The notes under the pieces were generated by a model. That model was not told the DNA's origin. It was given only the letters and a program-made list of their open reading frames with translations, and searched no databases. 64,000 bases of DNA from IMG/VR virus record IMGVR_UViG_3300034121_001395; one strand, given 5' to 3'. A program made the translations under genes and the position numbers. The stretch is from a virus. Shown one piece after another: positions 57,840 to 64,000 of the stretch. Every line of letters begins with the position of its first letter. The first letter of the stretch is position 1.

Positions 57840-58838
57840 ATGAAAAAAAGTGCTAAAATAATTGGATGTGGGTTATCTGGAATTACTGCTGCGGTGTTGC
57901 TAAAGGAAAAGGGATACGCCGTAGAGATTTTTGAGACTCGTCCTCATATTGGTGGAAATTGCTATGATACCTACATTTGCAATACGCTTGTACATCAGTA
58001 TGGCCCTCATATTTTTCATACCGATGATGAAGAGGTCTATGAGTTTCTCAGTCGTTATACTGAGTGGACTCCGTTTGCGCTGCAACCAAAGGGAGACACC
58101 CGACTCGGACGTGTGAGTTTGCCGTACAGCAAAAAGACGATAAGTGAGATTGGTCGTGAGCTGTCACAAGAAGAGATTGTTGAGTATATTTTTAAAGAGT
58201 ATAGCGAAAAGCAATGGGGCGTGCCATTCGACGAGATTCCTAAGACTATTACAAATCGAATTCCAAAGACTGCAGAATGCGAAGATCCAACATGGTTTGA
58301 AGGTCAAAAGTATCAATGCATTCCAAAAGATGGTTACTCTGCAATGTTTACAAAGATGTTAGAAGGTATTATTGTGCATTTAAATTGTGGAGAGGATGAT
58401 TGGATGTACAAACGGGAGGCAGGTGATTTGATTGTCTATACTGGCAAGATTGACAGTTATTTTGGCACAATACATGGACGTCTGCCATATCGTTCACTTG
58501 AGTTTAAACATCATGTGTTGTGCGAAAAGCAAGACACATTTATTGTAAACCAAAACAATAGCACAACCGACTATACGCGAATCTATGATCACAGTTATTT
58601 TATGCCAGATCATGCCGGTCCAACAGTAGTCACCACTGAGCACCCGAAAGAATGCGGGCAGGGAGACATTCCGTTTTATCCTATTCCATGGGGTGAAGGA
58701 CAGGAAACATATCGACTCTATGAATCACTATCAAAGGCAGAAAAGGGAGTGATTTTTGTTGGTCGACTTGCAACCTATAAATACCTAGACATGTGGATGG
58801 CGATTAAACACGTCATGTTAAAGTTAAAGGATCTATGA
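57840..58838 (+). CDS. glf: UDP-galactopyranose mutase
   Basis: GCGLSG FAD motif, HIGGNCYD, HQYGPHIFHT, YSEKQWG, LPYRSL, PFYP, GRLATYKYLDM. Confidence 0.93.
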   Translation: MKKSAKIIGCGLSGITAAVLLKEKGYAVEIFETRPHIGGNCYDTYICNTLVHQYGPHIFHTDDEEVYEFLSRYTEWTPFALQPKGDTRLGRVSLPYSKKTISEIGRELSQEEIVEYIFKEYSEKQWGVPFDEIPKTITNRIPKTAECEDPTWFEGQKYQCIPKDGYSAMFTKMLEGIIVHLNCGEDDWMYKREAGDLIVYTGKIDSYFGTIHGRLPYRSLEFKHHVLCEKQDTFIVNQNNSTTDYTRIYDHSYFMPDHAGPTVVTTEHPKECGQGDIPFYPIPWGEGQETYRLYESLSKAEKGVIFVGRLATYKYLDMWMAIKHVMLKLKDL

Positions 58839-59506
58839 AACTAGCATTATGCATGCGTGGGCACGTTCGTGATGGACTATTTACCCGAGGTTTAACTCAA
58901 TATATAGACCAGTTAACTGCTAAGGGTCATGACGTTCAGTTATATTTGCATACGTGGAAGGAGTCAGAGGCAAAATCTAGTTATCGAGTACTCGATCGAA
59001 AATATGTGTTTAAGGTAAGTGAAGAGTTGTTGCAGAATTATTTTAAGGACTATAATGTTCAAAAAATAATCATTGATGATGACTCAAAAATAAAAATATA
59101 CGGGAAAAAAACAGGGCATGTAAGTGCGAGCACATGTCCATTACTAGCATGGAAACGTATGTGGGCTGGCCAGCATAAAATACTATCATACGTCTATGAG
59201 TGTCAGGAAAAATATGATGTAGTCATTAATACTCGTTTTGATATGTTTACTACACCAATATGCTATACACCTCCTTCAACCCTGAATAGTTTAATTTTAC
59301 AAAAAGACAATATAGTATTTAAATATCCAACATACACTAAAAATATAGTTGGTATTGATAATTTTTATATTGGAAAAATTGAAATGATGTATAAATTAGT
59401 CTCTAACTTTTATGTTTCTTTAGATGATATTTTAAAAACTTATTCAACTATTAAACATCAAGAAGAAATAGTATATCGTTATGCAGCGGACAACAACATA
59501 TTATGA
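58835..59506 (+). CDS. putative glycosyltransferase-like protein (paralogue 1)
   Basis: KLALCMRGHVR, LYLHTW, YDVVINTRFD and IDNFY motifs; coupled to glf. Confidence 0.55.
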   Translation: MKLALCMRGHVRDGLFTRGLTQYIDQLTAKGHDVQLYLHTWKESEAKSSYRVLDRKYVFKVSEELLQNYFKDYNVQKIIIDDDSKIKIYGKKTGHVSASTCPLLAWKRMWAGQHKILSYVYECQEKYDVVINTRFDMFTTPICYTPPSTLNSLILQKDNIVFKYPTYTKNIVGIDNFYIGKIEMMYKLVSNFYVSLDDILKTYSTIKHQEEIVYRYAADNNIL

Positions 59507-60180
59507 AACTGGCATTTTGTATTCGTGGACACCTAAGAGGCGGGTTACAAGACTCACGCTTAAATGACTATATAAATCTGTTAAAGCAAAACGGCCACGC
59601 GGTTGATCTTTTTCTTCATACATGGTGTGAGTCAGAGGCAAAAAGCTCATACCGAAAACTAGACTATAACGGTATTTTTACAGTAGAAAAAACTCATCTA
59701 TCTGATTATTTCCATGACCAAACTATAAAACATGTGTGTATCGAAGACGACTCACGTTTAAAATTACACGGCAACTTAGAAGGCGTCATTCCTGGCAGTC
59801 CTTGCCCAATATTGGCATGGAAACGCATGTGGGCCGGAAAGTTTAATCTGGTGTCCCACTTGTATCATAATCATACCTATGACTATAACCTCGTAGTAAA
59901 TACACGTTATGATAAATTTACTACGCCAGTGTGTTATACACCAACTAAAAATCTCTTGAAAATGACAACAGTTGGAAATGGATTGAGTCTAAAATATCCT
60001 CAATATTACAGACAATTTAAGGGTATAGACAACTATTATGCAGGAGACATAAAAAGCATGTATGACATAACTTCAGCGTTTCATTATTCTTTAGATGATA
60101 TTGTCAAAAAATATAATGTAAGAGCCCTCCAGGAAGAACTCTTTTATAAATATGCAGTTGATCATGCCTTGACCCGTTAA
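59503..60180 (+). CDS. putative glycosyltransferase-like protein (paralogue 2)
   Basis: Colinear paralogue of 58835..59506 (ESEAKSSYR, CP.LAWKRMWAG, NTR.D.FTTP.CYTP, GIDN, QEE). Confidence 0.55.
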   Translation: MKLAFCIRGHLRGGLQDSRLNDYINLLKQNGHAVDLFLHTWCESEAKSSYRKLDYNGIFTVEKTHLSDYFHDQTIKHVCIEDDSRLKLHGNLEGVIPGSPCPILAWKRMWAGKFNLVSHLYHNHTYDYNLVVNTRYDKFTTPVCYTPTKNLLKMTTVGNGLSLKYPQYYRQFKGIDNYYAGDIKSMYDITSAFHYSLDDIVKKYNVRALQEELFYKYAVDHALTR

Positions 60181-60255
60181 AACGGTGTTTTTTATAAATA
60201 CATTTAGATTGATAGTCATATTGTGATGTTTCACACTTTAAAAGTATAGTTATAA

Positions 60256-60576
60256 ATGGAACCAGAAAGATCGATGCTAAAAGAGTTTCTAGAGGGTGGG
60301 TGGATAATCCCTCTTGTTGGAGCGGCAGGCATGCTTGCTCGACTCATGACAGCAAAAAAAGAGTATACAATTCTCGAGCAGTTTAAAAATATAATATCAG
60401 CCGCACTCTCTGCAGCAATCGCTTGGTTTATATTGGAACAGACCGATATTCCCAGCCTATACAAGGCAATTACATATGGTATTATAGGAGTCGTTTCCCC
60501 AGAAATTATTACAGGCATCATCAAGCTAGCCAAGAATTTTGAACGCGCCCCAGAAAAATATGTAAAGAAGCCATGA
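60256..60576 (+). CDS. membrane protein, possible holin
   Basis: 106 aa with about three hydrophobic segments and a basic C-terminus; late promoter at 60193. Confidence 0.5.
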   Translation: MEPERSMLKEFLEGGWIIPLVGAAGMLARLMTAKKEYTILEQFKNIISAALSAAIAWFILEQTDIPSLYKAITYGIIGVVSPEIITGIIKLAKNFERAPEKYVKKP

Positions 60577-60728
60577 AAACTGTAATATGGTTAGCACTAG
60601 CGCTTATTGTTATTATACAAATAATAGCATTTAATGCTGTCGTTAATCCAAATGAAGTCATTTCTCACTATGTCGTATTGATTGCGCTTGGTCTTTCGTT
60701 ATATACTGGAATGGCTATAAGAGAATAA
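60573..60728 (+). CDS. small two-TM membrane protein (51 aa, not in ORF track)
   Basis: MKTVIWLALALIVIIQIIAFNAVVNPNEVISHYVVLIALGLSLYTGMAIRE*; ATGA overlap. Confidence 0.65.
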   Translation: MKTVIWLALALIVIIQIIAFNAVVNPNEVISHYVVLIALGLSLYTGMAIRE

Positions 60729-60741
60729 TATAAATAAGACT

Positions 60742-61026
60742 ATGAGTACTAACGTCTACGAAAAGGGTTTAATACACCAAAACACATCTGCTGTTGCATA
60801 TGAAGCATTGACTTTTACAGATGGCTTTTACACACCAACTGTTGGTAAAGTGTTTGCTGGTTTGTATATTGCTCCAGGTACTGCTAACGGAAACATTGTG
60901 ATTGAAGGAGTAGATGGAGAGACAGCTACACTTACATTGAGTCCAGGAGTATGGCCTCTTGGTGGTCAGCGTATAGTCGATAGTGGAACTACTATATCTG
61001 AAGCTGCTGTAACAGTATTATTCTAA
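60742..61026 (+). CDS. small virion protein
   Basis: LYI.PG..GNIVI...PG.WPL...RI..SGTT motif; TATAAATA at 60729. Confidence 0.65.
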   Translation: MSTNVYEKGLIHQNTSAVAYEALTFTDGFYTPTVGKVFAGLYIAPGTANGNIVIEGVDGETATLTLSPGVWPLGGQRIVDSGTTISEAAVTVLF

Positions 61027-61030
61027 TAAT

Positions 61031-61447
61031 ATGTTAGGCCTAGGATTAAATTTGGCATACAAATATGTCAATCCAGTTGCTACTATTGGTAGTGATAATC
61101 CAGCAAATGCTGCTGAACCAGATGCTACAGCATGGGTGTTAATGGACGGTCCATGGTACAACACTCCGGGAGACCAAAGTTCTGGTTTTGTTGGCGGACA
61201 AAGTTGGCGTAAGATGGCTCCGATTGGATATGCACCATATGGTAACGAAACATATGTTTATGGAGATGAAGTTGTAAGATATGAAACTGGCGTTTGGCTC
61301 TATTTAAATTCTACACTTGGAGAAATAGCCAGAGCTTATAGTTATGAAGGCCGTCCTTGGTTGGTAACAACATGGAATAATGGTTTCTCTGCCGCAAAGA
61401 TTACTTCTTCATATGTGAAGACAACTAATTATCCTGAGGTTCCATAA
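61031..61447 (+). CDS. hypothetical virion/tip protein
   Basis: MLGLGLNL N-terminus; Trp-rich PW..TTW domain. Confidence 0.65.
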   Translation: MLGLGLNLAYKYVNPVATIGSDNPANAAEPDATAWVLMDGPWYNTPGDQSSGFVGGQSWRKMAPIGYAPYGNETYVYGDEVVRYETGVWLYLNSTLGEIARAYSYEGRPWLVTTWNNGFSAAKITSSYVKTTNYPEVP

Positions 61448-61468
61448 TAGTCTTATAAATAATATATT

Positions 61469-62215
61469 ATGGCAAAACCAGCATCACGCCAAGAATTAGC
61501 AGACTATTGTTTAAGAGCACTCGGTGCTCCAGTACTCGAAATCAACATCGATGAAGATCAGATTGAGGATCGTATCGATGAGGCACTTCAGTTTTATCAA
61601 GAGTATCATAGCGACGCGGTTGTGCGCACATTCTTAAAGCATCAGGTCACTCAAGCAGACTATGACAACAACTATATTACTCTACCCGATCAACTTATTA
61701 GTGTACTTCGCGTCCTAAACTTGAGCAGCGGTGATGCTGCTGATATGTTTAGCGTTAAATATCAGATGTTTTTAAATGATCTGTATGGACTACGCAAACC
61801 TGACTCACTCATCAACTATGAGATGACGAAACAGTATATGAACTCGATTGAGCTTATACTTACAGGCTCAACTCAGCAGATTATATTTACTCGTCACATG
61901 AATCGTCTGAGCATTCAAGACGACTGGAAAACTTATGTAAATATTGGTCAGTATATTATAATTGAAGGTTATCAAACCATCAACCCAAATGATTTTACTG
62001 ACGTGTACAATGATATGCTTCTTAAAAAATATCTTACCGCACTGTTAAAAAAACAATGGGGGACAAATTTGCTGAAATTTGAAGGCATGACTCTTCCAGG
62101 TGGAGTTACGATAAATGGTCGTGCAATCTATGAAGATGCAATTGCTGATATTGAAAAGATTGAGACTGATTTTGATACCAAGTATCAAATGCCCCCAGAT
62201 TTTTACATGGGTTAG
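61469..62215 (+). CDS. gp13: neck protein gp13
   Basis: YCLRALGAPVLEINID.DQI.DRIDEAL, KKQWGTNL.KF.G..LPGGV..NG; TATAAATA at 61454. Confidence 0.95.
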   Translation: MAKPASRQELADYCLRALGAPVLEINIDEDQIEDRIDEALQFYQEYHSDAVVRTFLKHQVTQADYDNNYITLPDQLISVLRVLNLSSGDAADMFSVKYQMFLNDLYGLRKPDSLINYEMTKQYMNSIELILTGSTQQIIFTRHMNRLSIQDDWKTYVNIGQYIIIEGYQTINPNDFTDVYNDMLLKKYLTALLKKQWGTNLLKFEGMTLPGGVTINGRAIYEDAIADIEKIETDFDTKYQMPPDFYMG

Positions 62216-62228
62216 TAGATAATACGTT

Positions 62229-63155
62229 ATGCCACGCAGTGTATATTTTAGTGAACGTTATAGAGCCGAGCAAAACTTACTTGAAGATTTGCTTATAGAG
62301 TCTATGAAAATTATGGGGCATGATGTCTATTATATACCTCGTAAAATTGTAAAGCAAGACTTTATCCTAAACGAGGATGTCATATCAACGTTTGATGCTT
62401 CATTTTCGATTGAGATGTATGTTGAAAGTGTTGATGGCTTTGAAGGTGATGGCGACCTTATGACAAAATTCGGACTTGAAGTTCGTGACCAGGTTACACT
62501 TGTCTGCAGTCGTCGTCGATGGAATGCTTTGATTGGACGTCATGGCTATACAAATGACGCAGTACGTCCGCGTGAAGGCGATCTTATCTATTTGCCACTA
62601 ACTGGTGGACTCTTTGAAATTAAATTTGTTGAAGACAAGAGTCCGTTTTTCCAACTTGGTGGTACTGGAGACAGCAAGGGGACGACTCCAACGTTTAAAC
62701 TTACATGCGAACTCTTTGAATATAGTGGTCAGGAAATTGATACTGGAGTGCCTGAAGTCGATCTTATACAAGTTGGACAGACCCAAAGTGCACGCGCTAT
62801 ACTAGACTTTGATGGAGATGTGCATGATCTTGGTGAAACATTAGTCTTTACATTACCTTCTGGAATTACAGGTGAGGCAGAACTGCTACAATACGAACAT
62901 ACTGAAGATGGCACGATAGCAAACTTTGGTACGCTGACATTTGATGATGGTGAGTTCCACTCATTAACAGTTGACACTACTATAGAAGGACAAACTACCG
63001 GCACAACTTCAACAATAACTTCTCTTATAGGATTAGAGGATGGAGATGCGGCACTCTATAATAATGACGCATTGACTCAAAATAGTTCGTTTGAAGTGAT
63101 TGGAAACGACTATATCGATTTTAGTGAAAGTAACCCATTTGGAGACCCGTCATAA
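62229..63155 (+). CDS. gp14: neck protein gp14
   Basis: EQNLLEDL..ES.KI.GHDVYYIPR, KFGLEVRD, RPREGDLIY.P, FFQLG, DFSESNPFG. Confidence 0.95.
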   Translation: MPRSVYFSERYRAEQNLLEDLLIESMKIMGHDVYYIPRKIVKQDFILNEDVISTFDASFSIEMYVESVDGFEGDGDLMTKFGLEVRDQVTLVCSRRRWNALIGRHGYTNDAVRPREGDLIYLPLTGGLFEIKFVEDKSPFFQLGGTGDSKGTTPTFKLTCELFEYSGQEIDTGVPEVDLIQVGQTQSARAILDFDGDVHDLGETLVFTLPSGITGEAELLQYEHTEDGTIANFGTLTFDDGEFHSLTVDTTIEGQTTGTTSTITSLIGLEDGDAALYNNDALTQNSSFEVIGNDYIDFSESNPFGDPS

Positions 63156-63158
63156 GAT

Positions 63159-63941
63159 ATGTTAAATTCATCATACTATTATAATGGAAACCTAAAGAAA
63201 ATTGTAGCAGTTTTTGGTACAATTTTTAATGATATTTCTATTGCAAAAAAGGTAAATGGTAAAATGACTGGAATACAACGTGTGCCTATATCATATGGTC
63301 CACACCAAAAGTTTTTGGCACGTCTGTCAAGTCAACAAAACGAAAAGTATGGTGATGTAGCGATTAAGCTTCCACGTATGAGTTTTGAGATTACTTCAAT
63401 AGCCTATGACTCGACGAGTAAATTAAACAAACTTAATAGTAAATTATATCTGGTTGAAGGTGACTCTGATACAAAGACCAAAATATATCAAGGCATTCCA
63501 TATAAAGTCAGTATTCAATTGAGTATACTTGCACATCATCAGGATGATGCGCTCCAGGTGTTTGAACAGATTGTTCCGTACTTTACACCTGATTATACAG
63601 TTGCAGTAAAAGATCTTGAAGGACCAGGTTCTATTACTGACGTACCTATATTGCTAACAGCCACAAATTTACAAGATGACTATGAAGGTGACTTTGGCAA
63701 CAGTCGTCGCACAATCATTTATACCCTTGATTTTGATATCAAATTTAAGTTTATGGGTATACAGTCTGGCCCATCAAAAATTATTAAAGTTGTTGATGTT
63801 GACCTCTATGATACGCCTATAATGCCAGATGCATTACCAGTTGATGGTGTGCGAGTTGAGTTGGGTGATCCTATAAATGATACTCCAGAAAACTATACTG
63901 TCATTACGACTTACGGATTTGATGAAAGCCCTATACCATGA
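63159..63941 (+). CDS. gp15: tail sheath stabiliser/completion protein gp15
   Basis: FGTIFNDI, VPISYGP.QKFLAR, LPRMSFE, EQIVPYF.P, DDYEGDF..RR.IIYTL.F. Confidence 0.95.
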   Translation: MLNSSYYYNGNLKKIVAVFGTIFNDISIAKKVNGKMTGIQRVPISYGPHQKFLARLSSQQNEKYGDVAIKLPRMSFEITSIAYDSTSKLNKLNSKLYLVEGDSDTKTKIYQGIPYKVSIQLSILAHHQDDALQVFEQIVPYFTPDYTVAVKDLEGPGSITDVPILLTATNLQDDYEGDFGNSRRTIIYTLDFDIKFKFMGIQSGPSKIIKVVDVDLYDTPIMPDALPVDGVRVELGDPINDTPENYTVITTYGFDESPIP

Positions 63942-64000
63942 AAAAAGACAAAGACAGCATACTAGCGTCTCTTGAAAAAAACGTTTTACCAGTAAAACAC
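63938..64000 (+). CDS. probable terminase small subunit gp16, 3'-truncated
   Basis: ATGA overlap with gp15; called from synteny only (MKKDKDSILASLEK...). Confidence 0.5.
   Translation, partial: MKKDKDSILASLEKNVLPVKH

Noticed and set aside
60222-60235. CRP-box-like TGTGA...TCACA
   Set aside because: The spacer is 4 nt rather than the canonical 6; treated only as a possible hairpin
1-64000. tRNAs, introns, inteins, homing endonucleases and IS elements
   Set aside because: Intergenic gaps are short and AT-rich, core genes have normal lengths, and no diagnostic motifs were seen by eye; tRNAscan-SE or Infernal would be needed to exclude small RNAs formally

Overview
A 64-kb segment of an AT-rich T4-like (Tevenvirinae/Kyanoviridae-style) myovirus genome, truncated at both ends. 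Positions 1-8.4 kb hold early and replication genes: ATP-dependent DNA ligase, ThyX, a WYL_2-like protein, gp33, gp59, gp32 and a thioredoxin-like protein. A minus-strand tail/head block follows at 8.4-12.6 kb (tape-measure-like gp29, gp51-like, gp26, gp54, gp2, gp4). Plus-strand baseplate genes run from 12.6 to 37 kb (gp48, gp53, a hub protein, gp5 split into three ORFs, gp25, gp6, gp7, gp8, VrlC/DUF4815-like). About 25 kb encodes fibres and candidate adhesins (FGE-sulfatase/C-type lectin, collar, C1q-like, RCC1+FG-GAP, LRR, S74-chaperoned fibre, Ig-like, propeller). The window ends with a UDP-galactopyranose mutase plus two putative glycosyltransferases, membrane proteins, and gp13-gp14-gp15 with the probable start of gp16. 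Main observations: (1) a probable programmed -1 frameshift (T TTT TTC) fusing gp26 to an otherwise start-poor gp51-like ORF directly upstream of the tape measure gene, resembling lambda gpG/gpGT; (2) late promoters sitting 5-7 nt from ATGs, implying leaderless mRNAs, including an 18-bp element carrying two divergent promoters and two start codons; (3) fibre-plus-tip cassettes, including an LRR gene made of near-identical 69-bp units with hypervariable face codons and a possible split-PKD docking mechanism; (4) a tripartite gp5 with a CHAP-like/M15 peptidase in place of lysozyme. All family assignments come from motif recognition and synteny; no database searches were run.
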